Made by a program: the position numbers and the translations under genes. A DNA stretch of 64,000 bases from Staphylococcus phage vB_StaM_PB50. How positions within the stretch are numbered: position 1 is the first letter of the stretch; each line of letters opens with the position of its first letter. The notes below the pieces were generated by a model. The model searched no databases and had not been told where the DNA came from. It saw only the letters and a list, made by a program, of their open reading frames with translations. The stretch is taken from sequence record OR770614.1, one strand, 5' to 3'. Below are positions 1 through 11,000 of the stretch, piece after piece.

Positions 1-25
1 TTTTTTTTTTTTGCTGGGTCAACTT

Positions 26-253
26 TTAACTCATATTTTTTCTAACTAAATAATCCTTAATTTCTTTAACATCATATTTTTTAGCTACTTCGAAAATAAG
101 CTCTCTAAGTTCTTTTACTTCTTTTTCTAGAGAATATTCTTCTTGATCTTTCAATATATCTTTTTCTACTTGTTTAGCAGCTCTAAGTTGCATTCTTGAA
201 TATAGTTCATCCATAGATGAACCATAATCATTAAAATCAATATCTGGATTCAT
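26..253 (-). CDS. hypothetical small protein (charged, coiled-coil-like)
   Basis: Complete ORF from the six-frame track; first of six tightly packed small minus-strand ORFs (26-1794) with gaps of a few nt. No recognisable motif. Confidence 0.4.
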   Translation of the reverse strand: MNPDIDFNDYGSSMDELYSRMQLRAAKQVEKDILKDQEEYSLEKEVKELRELIFEVAKKYDVKEIKDYLVRKNMS

Positions 254-255
254 AA

Positions 256-537
256 TTATTTTCCTCCATTTTTATATAATAATCTATTATATCGAGATTT
301 TATGGTTCTGTTAATAGTTTTTTCGTTAGATAAAGCTTCTTTTAGTTCTTTAATTTTTCTTTCTTTTTCTTTATTATCTTCAACAACTTTACTAGCTAAA
401 GATACAGCTTTATCAACTCTATTATTTAAATCATAAAATTTCTCTTCTGCTTTCTTAGTTCTAGCTATAGTTCTCTTTACTGTATTAATAAATTCATCTG
501 AACCGATTATTCTTTTAATGGCATTCATACTCTTCAT
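256..537 (-). CDS. hypothetical small protein (K/E-rich coiled coil)
   Basis: ORF in a compact co-oriented cluster, 2-nt gap to the neighbouring ORF. No recognisable domain. Confidence 0.4.
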   Translation of the reverse strand: MKSMNAIKRIIGSDEFINTVKRTIARTKKAEEKFYDLNNRVDKAVSLASKVVEDNKEKERKIKELKEALSNEKTINRTIKSRYNRLLYKNGGK

Positions 538-541
538 TCCT

Positions 542-817
542 TTATTTAAGATTATCTTTGATAAAATTCTTTAGATACTTTTTAGTTACTTCAGAATGTG
601 AATTTAATTCGTTAGAAAGACGAACTAATTCTAATCTCACCTCATCCAATTTCTTTTCATTAGTTTGATTAGAATTATCTATTCTATTAATTAATGTACC
701 TATAATATCGTTTAAATAATGATAGCTATCTTTCATATTATTTAATTTAATTTCATTCATTCTAGTACGTTCTTCTATTTCATCTATACGTTTGATTAAA
801 CTTTTTTCATTATCCAA
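542..817 (-). CDS. hypothetical small protein
   Basis: ORF in a co-oriented compact cluster. No recognisable domain. Confidence 0.4.
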   Translation of the reverse strand: MDNEKSLIKRIDEIEERTRMNEIKLNNMKDSYHYLNDIIGTLINRIDNSNQTNEKKLDEVRLELVRLSNELNSHSEVTKKYLKNFIKDNLK

Positions 818-837
818 AATAAAATCACATCTCTTTA

Positions 838-1086
838 TTATTTAAAATTTTCTTTAACAATTTCGTTAGATAGTTTATTTATATAATCATTTTTAAATCC
901 TGTATGCTTAGAAATAGATACGATAGCTTCTTTGAGAAGTTTATTTTCTTTTTTTATATTTTCATTATATTCATAAAGAGTGCTTACAGCTTTATTTAAT
1001 TTTTCAATTTCAAAATTAAAATGACCTGAATTAGCTATGCTCTTAAATTCAATAGTTTTCAATTGTTCTTTAATTTCTTCATCCAT
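838..1086 (-). CDS. hypothetical small protein
   Basis: ORF in a co-oriented compact cluster. No recognisable domain. Confidence 0.4.
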   Translation of the reverse strand: MDEEIKEQLKTIEFKSIANSGHFNFEIEKLNKAVSTLYEYNENIKKENKLLKEAIVSISKHTGFKNDYINKLSNEIVKENFK

Positions 1087-1099
1087 TTTTAAATCCTCC

Positions 1100-1555
1100 T
1101 TATTTAATTAATTTAAATAGATTACGTCCAAATTCTTTATATTTTTTATTTTCAATTAAACTGAAATCAACCAGACTACTATCCACTTGTAACAAGTAAA
1201 TTGGATCATCTTTTTTGTTTTTATTATTTAAAAGAAAACTTCCAAAGTAAATATTTTCTTCTCTAGGTTTTTCTTTTTTAACTTTTAAATCTTGTTCGTT
1301 GAATTCAAACTTGTATATGAAACCCATTAACTGTATAGGACCATTTTTAAATATATGATAGTCAAAGCTATTTTCGAATTTATGATTTTCTTTATTAATT
1401 TGATCCATTAATTCATCTTTAATAACTTCATTATAAAAAGACTCATCAACTTGACTCAATGGTCTTAAATAAGATTCTTCTTGTATTTTAGGTTCTAATA
1501 ATTTAATTTTCTGATCTAAAGTTAATTCTGATGCAATTTTCTTTTCACTTGTCAT
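1100..1555 (-). CDS. hypothetical protein
   Basis: 151-aa ORF in a co-oriented compact cluster. No recognisable motif. Confidence 0.45.
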   Translation of the reverse strand: MTSEKKIASELTLDQKIKLLEPKIQEESYLRPLSQVDESFYNEVIKDELMDQINKENHKFENSFDYHIFKNGPIQLMGFIYKFEFNEQDLKVKKEKPREENIYFGSFLLNNKNKKDDPIYLLQVDSSLVDFSLIENKKYKEFGRNLFKLIK

Positions 1556-1566
1556 TGTAATTCTCC

Positions 1567-1794
1567 TTATATAAATTTACTATTAATATCTTTAAAAAGT
1601 ATCTTCTTTAATTCTTTTCTATCAACTTCATTATTCTGGTAAATTTTAAAAAGAAATTCATGAAGTTCTTTATTCTCTTGTTCCAGCTCTTCAATTTTAT
1701 CAAGTTTATCCTGACCTCTTATTGCTCTAGAAAGATTATTTAATGCAGTATTTAATTGATTTGAAACTTGAGTAATTTGATTGTTATTAGTCAT
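1567..1794 (-). CDS. hypothetical small protein (coiled coil)
   Basis: 75-aa ORF immediately upstream (in minus-strand transcription order) of the helicase gene. Confidence 0.4.
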   Translation of the reverse strand: MTNNNQITQVSNQLNTALNNLSRAIRGQDKLDKIEELEQENKELHEFLFKIYQNNEVDRKELKKILFKDINSKFI

Positions 1795-1807
1795 TGAAAG
1801 ATCTCCT

Positions 1808-3031
1808 TTACTTAACTATAATTAAATTCTTTTTAGCACGAGTAATTGCAGTATATAATGATTTGTATCTATCTTTAGAATAATTTTCATCGAATACAAT
1901 AACGTTATCAAATTCAGATCCTTGAGATTTATGAACAGTTATTCCATAAGCATAATTAAAAGGATTAACTTTCATACTAAAATTACTCATAGTAGTTACA
2001 TAACGTTTTTTAAAGATCTTATTAATTTCATTATCTGTCTTTCTTAATTCAAATAACTCCTGTTGATCTCTAATAGTTCCATTGAAAATTAAATCATCAT
2101 AATATATTCTACTAAATCTTTCATTATCAAAACCTACTGGCTTAAAATCTAATTGTGTTGAAGCAGTAAAACTATTTTTCTTACCAGATCTTGTTATTTC
2201 TCCAATTAAACCATTTGTAAGATATTGATTTATATTTCCTTCAGTAATAACTTTATTCCAGTTATTTTTCAAGCAAATAATTTTTTCTCCTGCTTTAGGA
2301 AAAGGATTTGATTCAATGTCAATTCCTTCAACTTGATTTCTATAGAAGCTATTAAATTGATTAACTGTTTTATTATAACTCATAAGAACTTGATCTGCAT
2401 TTTTATACATATCTATTGTTAATTCATTTGAATTTATTACTTGTAAATTATCTCCATAAGAACCATATTCAATATCTTCTCCTTTACGAACTTCATTAGC
2501 CATTTTAAGAATAGGGTTATCTAATGCCTGTCTAACAGGTTCATCTAAGAATATGTCTGGATTTTCTATTAATGAATTAGTACCAAAAACTGGTGTCAAT
2601 TGAGATTTGTCTCCACAAACTAATATAGGTATTTCAAATTGTTTAATCTCTTCAATCATTTTATCAGGAACCATAGATATTTCATCAATGATTATTAATT
2701 TAATTTCAGGATCAAATTCTTCTTTAGTTTTTAAAACAAATCTAACTTCACCTGTTTTTTCATCTACGAAAGGATTATAAATAGTTCTATGAATGGTAGT
2801 AGCATTTATACCTCTCTTAACTAATACTCCTGCTGCCATTCCTGTATATGCTATAAACGATACTTGAGATTCATGTAATCCTAAAGTATCTATTATTTTA
2901 GTCATCAAATAACTTTTACCACTTCCAGCAATTCCTGCTAAAACAAAAGGTCTTGATGTATCATTATTCCACCAGTGCTTAGCCTTCATTAATCCTTCTT
3001 CTTGTTTTTTATTTAATCCCATGAAATTCAT
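1808..3031 (-). CDS. RecD/Dda-like superfamily 1 DNA helicase
   Basis: Walker A 'GIAGSGKS', Walker B-like 'LIIIDEISMV', and C-terminal 'YGITVHKSQGSEFDNVIVFD' (SF1 motif V/VI, typical of RecD/Dda-type helicases) are all read directly from the translation. Confidence 0.85.
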   Translation of the reverse strand: MNFMGLNKKQEEGLMKAKHWWNNDTSRPFVLAGIAGSGKSYLMTKIIDTLGLHESQVSFIAYTGMAAGVLVKRGINATTIHRTIYNPFVDEKTGEVRFVLKTKEEFDPEIKLIIIDEISMVPDKMIEEIKQFEIPILVCGDKSQLTPVFGTNSLIENPDIFLDEPVRQALDNPILKMANEVRKGEDIEYGSYGDNLQVINSNELTIDMYKNADQVLMSYNKTVNQFNSFYRNQVEGIDIESNPFPKAGEKIICLKNNWNKVITEGNINQYLTNGLIGEITRSGKKNSFTASTQLDFKPVGFDNERFSRIYYDDLIFNGTIRDQQELFELRKTDNEINKIFKKRYVTTMSNFSMKVNPFNYAYGITVHKSQGSEFDNVIVFDENYSKDRYKSLYTAITRAKKNLIIVK

Positions 3032-3395
3032 ACACCTCGATTATTTTTGTAAATCATTTACTTTGTAATTTAATAATTATTGGTTAATTCAGTTTAATAA
3101 TTTTTTCTTTATAAAAAATTTGAAATCCACCACAATATATTATTTATATATTTGTAAATAATAGATTTTTTATTAATTAATAAATATATTATAAAAAATA
3201 ATATTAATTAAAAATGTTATTAAAAATTAAGTAATTAAAATTAAAGAAAAATACTTATAAATAAACTTAATTTGGATCATAGAAAAAATTAAAAATTACA
3301 ACTAATATTTTAAATATATATTATTTTAATGAGATTAGTATAAATACTAATTTCAAATATATAAAAATATGTAAAATATAAGGAGAGAATATGGT

Positions 3396-4295
3396 ATGGC
3401 AATTACAAGAAGAAAAGTAACTAATGAAACTAAGGATTTAAGTGTATTAGAATCAGCAGAATTAAAAGTAAGTGAAGAACAAGGTTATAAAGGTGACGTA
3501 TTAACTTTTGAAATTGAAACAATTCCAGAAAAATATGATAGAAAGAATTTAGTATTAATTCCAGAAGATGATAATGTAATCAAAATTAATTACAATAAGA
3601 ATGAAATTAATATTGCTTCTGATGAATTAAAAGATGTAATTATTAAATTAAAGGATATTCCAACAGATACAGAATATGATAATGTAACTATTACAGCTTC
3701 AGGAATTAATCCTGATAAAGAAAAAGAAATTAAAGAAGAAAAAGTAGAAGAAGTTAAGAATCCAGTTAAAAAGAAATCTAGTACAAAAACTAAAACAAGT
3801 AAAAAGGATGATAATAAAGTGGAAAAAATTAAAGTTAATCGAGTTAAAAAAGACGTTAAGAAAACTACTAAAAAGAAATACAGTGATAAATCATACACTA
3901 AAGATGAATTATTAAATGATTTATTAATGAATCTTGTAGATGAATCAGGAAATGAAGCATACAGTAAAAAAGAATTAAAAGATATTGTAACATTAGCAGA
4001 TTCATTACGTACATCAGCTTTAAAAGAGGGTAAAACAATTTCAATTAATAACATCAACTTTACACGTAAATTACAAAAAGCTCGTATTCATGCACCTAAA
4101 TTAGATACAGTTAAATCACCTTCATATGTAACTCCACATATAGTTATGCAAGCTAAAGTTGAATCTGATGATAAAGAAGTATTAAAAGGTGAGAAATTAT
4201 CTGCTGATAAATTTAGAACAAAAGATGGTGAAGAAATCGATTTAAATAAAGTTAATGAAGAGTATGAAAAAGAGTTTAAAAATAAATTTCAATAA
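3396..4295 (+). CDS. hypothetical lysine-rich protein
   Basis: 299-aa ORF preceded by the RBS 'aaggagag'. Central region is extremely K-rich ('KKSSTKTKTSKKDDNKVEKIKVNRVKKDVKKTTKKK'). Follows a 360-bp AT-rich divergent intergenic region. Confidence 0.55.
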   Translation: MAITRRKVTNETKDLSVLESAELKVSEEQGYKGDVLTFEIETIPEKYDRKNLVLIPEDDNVIKINYNKNEINIASDELKDVIIKLKDIPTDTEYDNVTITASGINPDKEKEIKEEKVEEVKNPVKKKSSTKTKTSKKDDNKVEKIKVNRVKKDVKKTTKKKYSDKSYTKDELLNDLLMNLVDESGNEAYSKKELKDIVTLADSLRTSALKEGKTISINNINFTRKLQKARIHAPKLDTVKSPSYVTPHIVMQAKVESDDKEVLKGEKLSADKFRTKDGEEIDLNKVNEEYEKEFKNKFQ

Positions 4296-4307
4296 TAAAT
4301 AGATTGG

Positions 4308-4970
4308 ATGATATTAATGAAGCATTTTTACAATAAGAAAAGAAGTATTAATATTAATATAGAGAATCTATATTTAAATCATATTGATGTAATTAAACGT
4401 TATGATTTTGGTGACGAAGAATTACATCAAATGATTGATAGATTTTTACCTCAAATAATTGAAGAATCTTATGAGTTTAATATTGAAATGTATAATTTAT
4501 TAAAGACTGATAATATTAAGGAACGCTATGAATTAACTTCATTAGCTTCTCTTGAATTATTAGATATAATTCTTTATTTTGTTTCTATAAATTCTACTTT
4601 GATTGAGAAGTATAATTTAGAATACAAATATGTAATAGAATTGAATGATTTAAATTTCAGTAAAGATTTTGTATTAAATACAGGTGAAAAAGTTAGTGAT
4701 GATAAATTCTATCAAACAATAATTGATTCTGTAAGTAAAACAGTGGTTAATAATGGTGGTCATATAAGAAGATTAACACCTAATAGAAAATATCATCAAG
4801 AAAATAAAAAAGTCAGTAAAAAAGAAATGAATCATATTATTGGTTCTATTTTCTTTATTAACCATAAAACAATAGATTTCTTATTAACTATGCTATTTGA
4901 AAAATTATCTTTAGAAAAAGATGTAGATTTAGTATTAGATAAAATTCAAGAAGTAGTTAAAAATAAATAA
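4308..4970 (+). CDS. hypothetical protein
   Basis: 220-aa ORF, 12 nt after the previous gene. Followed by a hairpin plus T-run. Confidence 0.5.
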   Translation: MILMKHFYNKKRSININIENLYLNHIDVIKRYDFGDEELHQMIDRFLPQIIEESYEFNIEMYNLLKTDNIKERYELTSLASLELLDIILYFVSINSTLIEKYNLEYKYVIELNDLNFSKDFVLNTGEKVSDDKFYQTIIDSVSKTVVNNGGHIRRLTPNRKYHQENKKVSKKEMNHIIGSIFFINHKTIDFLLTMLFEKLSLEKDVDLVLDKIQEVVKNK

Positions 4971-4976
4971 TTATTT

Positions 4977-5040
4977 TCCCTAACACTTATATTCCTTAAA
5001 TGGAGTATTTGTGTTAGGGAAATTTTTGTTTTTTTTTGTA
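4977..5040 (+). terminator. rho-independent terminator (stem 'TCCCTAACAC...GTGTTAGGGA' plus T-run)
   Basis: Inverted repeat 'tccctaacac'/'gtgttaggga' followed by 'tttttgttttttttt'. Confidence 0.6.
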
Positions 5041-5098
5041 AATTATTATCAAATCATATAACTTGATGGAACATATTTGTATTAAGAAAATATGAGCG

Positions 5099-8000
5099 GT
5101 GGTGAAATTAAAAGTAATGGATAATAATAAAAAGAATATAAAGAGGCTAGAAAAAAATAATAAATCAGAGATAATTAAAAATGCTTCTAAAAATACTAGT
5201 CGTATTCTTTTCAATGCATTTATTAAATCAAATCCAGCATTAGATAGTGTTATTGGTTCTGATGGATTAAATTTAATGAATAAAGAAGAAAGAAGAATTA
5301 AAAACGTTTCTGAAATTAAATCTTCCACTAAGAATTTAATAAAAAGTATTAAATCTAGTTCAGAAGAAAATGATATATTTTCAGAAGAAAGTGAAGAAAT
5401 ATCAAATTCTAAACCTGAGTATGAAACAGTTACTGAAATAATTGATAATGATGATGGTACAAAATCTGAAATAATAAATGTTTCAGATAAAAAGAAATCT
5501 AGTCTAGTAAATTCCCCTTTAATTGCTTTTAATAATCTCGCTACGATTAACCAAAAAGGTTTTACAGGAACTAATATAGCTTTAAGAAATTTAGCGATAT
5601 CAAATGAGGCTACAAGTACTTTAATGAATTCAGCTGTATCGAATTTAGCATCAATACAGAGTTCTATATATCAAAATACTTTACTTGAAGAAAATACTAA
5701 AAGAGGAAAACAGAGTAAACTATTTGAAATAATTAATGGTAATATAAGTTTATTAAAATATTTAGACGATAAGACAAATATTGAAAATAATTCAATGATA
5801 AGTATGTTAGGTGGTTCTGAAGGACTTAAGAATATATTAATGGGATTTGCAAAAAATCCTATTGAATTAGCATTAACTACAGGTGCTCAAATGGGCATGA
5901 AGAAATTGATGTATGGAAGTACTTCAGGATACGATCCAGATGATGTTGAAAATAAAGGTATATTTAGTAGACTTAATAGAAAATTTGATCCTAATAATTT
6001 AGGTTCTTTATTAGTAAGTGAACTGACTGATGATGAAGGAAGGTTATCAAATACCTTAGATAAACTTAAAGGTAATGATAATAAATATATTTCTAATTTA
6101 GGTGAAGCACTTAATAAAAGAATCGGAAATTTAAAAGATAACGTTTTAAGTGATGGAACAATATCAACTAAGAATAAAAGAGATAAAAATACTCCAGTTC
6201 AATTTGATAGACAAAGTCATACTTCTATTAATAAAGCTATACCAGATCTTTTATCTAGATTACAAGGTAATCTAATTGCTAGAAGAGAAGGAAAATCTAA
6301 TGGTTTAGTCAATAATAGTGAATTAGGTAGTATATATAATTATTCTGAAGGAACTTGGGATAGTAGAGAGAATACTAGAAAAAATATAAATGATAAATTA
6401 AAAGAAAAATCATTATTTAATTTTAAAGATACTAAATTAGGAAAAGATTTATCTGATAATGGTATTGAAGATGAAGAAATTAAGGATATCTTACTCTCTT
6501 TAAGTAAAATTAATAAACCAGTAAAAAATAAAGATGAATTATCTAAGCATACTAAAGATATAAATTATTCAGATATTATTGAAAATATTTTCAATAATGA
6601 TATATCTAAATTTAATATTGATCTTTTTAATATTAAGAAATCAATAGGCTCTGAGTATAACAAGATTGGTAAAGATGATTCAACATTAATGTCATTTACA
6701 GATATTAAAGGATTAAAAAGAAGAAATAATGAAACTCAATCAAGTTCTGCTAGAGTAAATAAAATTAATGAAGTTAAAGATTATTCTGATATCGAATGGA
6801 AGAATGATGATCTTGATGAACTTAAAAAATTATTCTTAGAAATAGAAAGTAAATTAGACGATATTAATCCAGAAAATATAAGCAATAATAAAGATTATGT
6901 AAATGATAAAATAGGAAAAATTAATAGTATTATAGATTCGTCTAGTAAGTTTAATTTACCTAGTTATTTATCTAATGAAAAAACAAAATCAGTTCAAGAC
7001 AAATTAGGTAAACTATCAAGTTCTGTTAATAAATTTAATGATATGCGTAAAGATCCTTCATCTATTTTAAGAGAAAACACTAATAATAATGGTAATAATG
7101 AAGATCATAATTCTGGTATCATAGATAATAACTATACAGATAATCATCCTTTAATGAATTTAATAAAGAATATTAAAGGACCTCAGAGTAATAATAAAGT
7201 TGATTTAAATAAAGAACCAACTAAAAGTATTGATGATTTATCTAGAGAAGAAAAGCAATCTAAAGCTAGAAAATATCTTGAAAATTTAATTAGCACTGCT
7301 TATCCTAAGCAAAGTAAAACTATGATAAACGACATGAATCAATCTGATGATAATAAAAAATTAGATGAAATGAAAAAAGGTTTATCAACTGCAAATGCTG
7401 CTGAGACTGGTGAAGACGTTATATCAAAATTATCAGGATCTAGTAAAACAAAGGTTGCTGAAGATTTAAGAGGAACTCTTAAATTTGGCTCTGGTGGAGC
7501 AGCTGAAAAAGAAACAGGTACTAAGAAATTAATGAACTCAATGTTAGATTTTAGTAAACCAGGAACAATTGCTTTTGCAGGACTATCTGCTACTGTTTTG
7601 GCTAAATTAATGAACGGTAAAAAGAAAAAAGATCAAGAAAAAGGTCTAATGGGTAGTGTTGGAACAGGATTGGGATTCTTAGGTAAAGCTGGATTAATGT
7701 TAGGTGGAGGTGCTATAGCAGCAAAATTCTTACCTAAGATACTAAAGAAATTCTTACCTAAAGGTGCAATGAAAATGCTTGATGTAGTTAGAGGACTACC
7801 TGGTAAAGTTAAAGGTGCTATTGGTAAAGTTGTAGATATAGGAAAAAACTTTTATGGGAAAACTAAAAATTTAATAAAAGGTATTGGAAATTTAGGTAAA
7901 AATATATTTGGAAAAACTGTTAAATTTGGTAAAGGTGCATTCAATAAAACTGTTAAATTTGGTAAAGGTGTATTCAATACAGGTGCATCTGTAGTAAAAT

Positions 8001-11000
8001 GGGGTGCTAAAAAGTTACCTAAAGTAAAATCATTTGCAGTTAAGGGATTAACTAAAACTGGTAAATTTTTAGGTAAAGGTTTTAAAAAAGCTAGTTCTAT
8101 AGGTAAAGGTATATTTAGCTCTATAAAAAATGGGGGTAAAAAAACTTTTGGATTCTTAGGTAAAGCTAAAAATAAACTATTTAGCAAAGGTGGTATGAAA
8201 GCTGCTGGAAAATTTGCTTTAAAAGCTGGTCTAAAAACAGCATTACCTTTTATACCTATTGTTGGTCCTATTATAGGTGCGGCAATGTGGGCACCAGATA
8301 TTATCAAAACTATAAAACATCCTATTGAATCTCTTAAACATCCAATTAAAACTTTAGGAAGCTTTTTCGGATTGTCTAAACACCCAGGAGATAATCTTGA
8401 GGCTAGAGAAAAAGAAGAAAAAGAAAATGAAGATGAAACAGGTTTAGGAAGATTAATATTATCTACTTCTAAAATGATGTTTAGATCATCTCCTTTATTC
8501 CCAATTTCAAAAGTTGGTGGAGATATGTTTAAAACAATAACTGATAATAAAATGAAGTCAGGTCCTAAAGCTGAAGAAGAAATACAAGAAAATATGTTCT
8601 ATGATACTCCTTTAGGTAGTTTATATCAAATTGCAAAAGGTGGAATAGATTTCTCTACTAAAGGTGGAGGAGAAATTGGTGATTGGTTTGCACGTTTCTT
8701 AGTTAAAATGGAAGAAATGGTAGTTGCCATGTCTAAAATGAAAAACTCTAGTTCAGGTGGAGATTCATCATCTTCATCAGGTAGCAGTAGTGGACAATTA
8801 CAAGGTGATGAAATTGAAATAGATAAAAATGCACCTTCTATTACATCACAATCTGTATTGAATAAAATACCTGATAATGCTGCAGGTGCTTGGATTAAGA
8901 AACACCAATTCTGGCAACCATTTGGTAATTATCAAGGACTATCATTTAACGGAAGTTCAAAACACTGGGGTATAGATATTGGTATGCCTACAGGAACAGA
9001 TATATTAGCTATTGTACCTGGTACAGTAAGTAATATAATTAAAGACGTTGGTGGAGGTAATATCGTTGAGGTCAAAAACGGTAGTATCTACACTTGGTAT
9101 ATGCATAATAGTAAAATAACTGCTAAAAAAGGTGATAAAGTAGGAGTAGGTCAAAAAATTGCCGTCTCTGGTAATACAGGGGCTCAAACTACTGCACCAC
9201 ATATGCACTTCCAGGTCATGAAAGGAAGACCTTCAAATGAAACTGCAATTGATCCAGCACCTTATGTATTTGCTAAAGTAAAAGGTAAAGGTTCAGATGA
9301 TGATGACGATAAGAGTAGTTCTAAAGGTGGAAGTAGTAAAAAAGGTGAAAAAGATAAAGGTGGAGGTCATTCACTAGTAGGTGATATGAATTCTGTATCT
9401 ATGCAAAGACAACTTAAGAAGAAAAGCATCCAAGATATGCAGAACCGAAGAAAAGAAATTGCTCAACAAAAGAGAGAGCAAGATAAAATTAATACACAAA
9501 TAAATAGAATCAATAAGCAAGATGATTATAAAGTTAAAGAAAAAGCTAAAAAAGTAAATAAAGTATTTAATGCAATTAAAGAAAGTAAAGAGAAAAAACA
9601 AACTGGAATATTAAGATCATCAAATCAATTTAATAAAATTTTGATTATAGGTGATGAAATAACTAAAGATGCTTCAAATGATCTTAGAATTAAAATTAAA
9701 GGTGCTAAAATAGAAGCTTCTGTAGGGAAACAATATTCTGGTGGATCTGAATCTGGTAGAAGAATATTACAGAATAATATTGATGAGTATAACAGAACAG
9801 GTGTAGCAATAGTCATCCAATTAGGTTTAAACGGAGGATTATCTACAGGAGAAATATCAGAAATACAGAATATGTATGATAAAGCTAATGTATATTTCGT
9901 TAATACTTATTTCAATAGTAATAAAAACGGTACTAGTTTAGATTTAACTGATTTGATGAATGCAGTCAATGAATCAATTAATGCTAGTGCAGCTAATATA
10001 ATTGACTGGTTTAGTAAAGCTAATTCTGTTTTAGTTAAAGAAGATGGTTATATGCCAACTAATAAAGGTAGAATGATATTAGTAGATTTAATAAAAATGT
10101 ATGTAAATCCTTATATTGGTGGTGGAGGTTCTTCTGATGATAAAAAAGCAGAAGAAAAAATTGATAAAGAAGTAGAAAAAGAAAAATCTAAAGCTGATAA
10201 AAAAGATAATAAAGATGAAGATGAAAAAGGATCTGAATCTAAAGTTTCTAAAGATGAAGATGGAGAATCTTCTGATAGTGATAGTTCTGATTCTTCTTCA
10301 GGTTCCGGAGCCGGAGAATACAGTTTCAAAAATGGTACTTGGTATGGTTCTATTACCGGTAGAGATGATAGAAGAATGGATGAAGAAGAACAAGAAGAGC
10401 TTAATGATCGTTTAATGAAACGTTATGCTAAAATCTATGGAATTGACTATGAAGAAGCTAAGAAAATAGATAAAGAACAACAAGAAGAGCTTAAAGCTAA
10501 AGCAGGTAAAGAAGCTACTGAGTCTGGATCTTCAAGTGGATCAAGTTCATCTAAAGATGGAGACGATAAAGATTCTGGATCTTCTGCAAGTTCTTCTAAG
10601 GATAAAGCTAAAGAAAATATTGAAAAAGCAGGTAGTCAAATTTCTAAATTAGGTAATGGTTTCCAATTACCAACATTAGAGAATAGTGGTTTTTCTAATA
10701 GTAATAAATCAACACAAAATAATCAAGGTAATACAAGTAATAATACAACAAATAATAATTATAATCAAGGTCAAGGAAGTACTGTTAATAATACCGATGT
10801 AAAACAAGAATTTGTAAAAGGTAAAAATAAAACTACAAATCATTATAATAAAATTGTAAATAATTATAAAAATTCAACTGTAACTAATGGTAATACAGAT
10901 TATATATATGATTATGAGCAATATTGGTATTCAGATGACCTCGTTAAAATGTTGTCAAATATAGATAGAAATACATTAGCTTCTACTAAAGAATTAGATA

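Noticed and set aside
1-12. Run of 12 T at window start.
   Set aside because: Probably part of an upstream terminator or A/T tract cut by the window edge. It cannot be interpreted without flanking sequence.
3590-4057. 155-aa antisense ORF inside the lysine-rich gene. Similar antisense ORFs lie inside large genes at 5014-5328, 7852-8307, 9005-9816, 10111-10415, 10912-11517, 11644-12090, 14791-16228, 16443-16910, 18170-18412, 19760-19945, 20531-21161, 22920-23114, 27772-28268, 34743-35009, 36916-37719, 38659-38859, 40634-41169, 48327-48732, 51865-52107, 53425-54117, 57259-57570, 59131-59343, 61289-61492, 63195-63993.
   Set aside because: They overlap well-supported longer ORFs on the opposite strand or in another frame, have low-complexity composition typical of AT-rich antisense translation, and lack RBS or start context.
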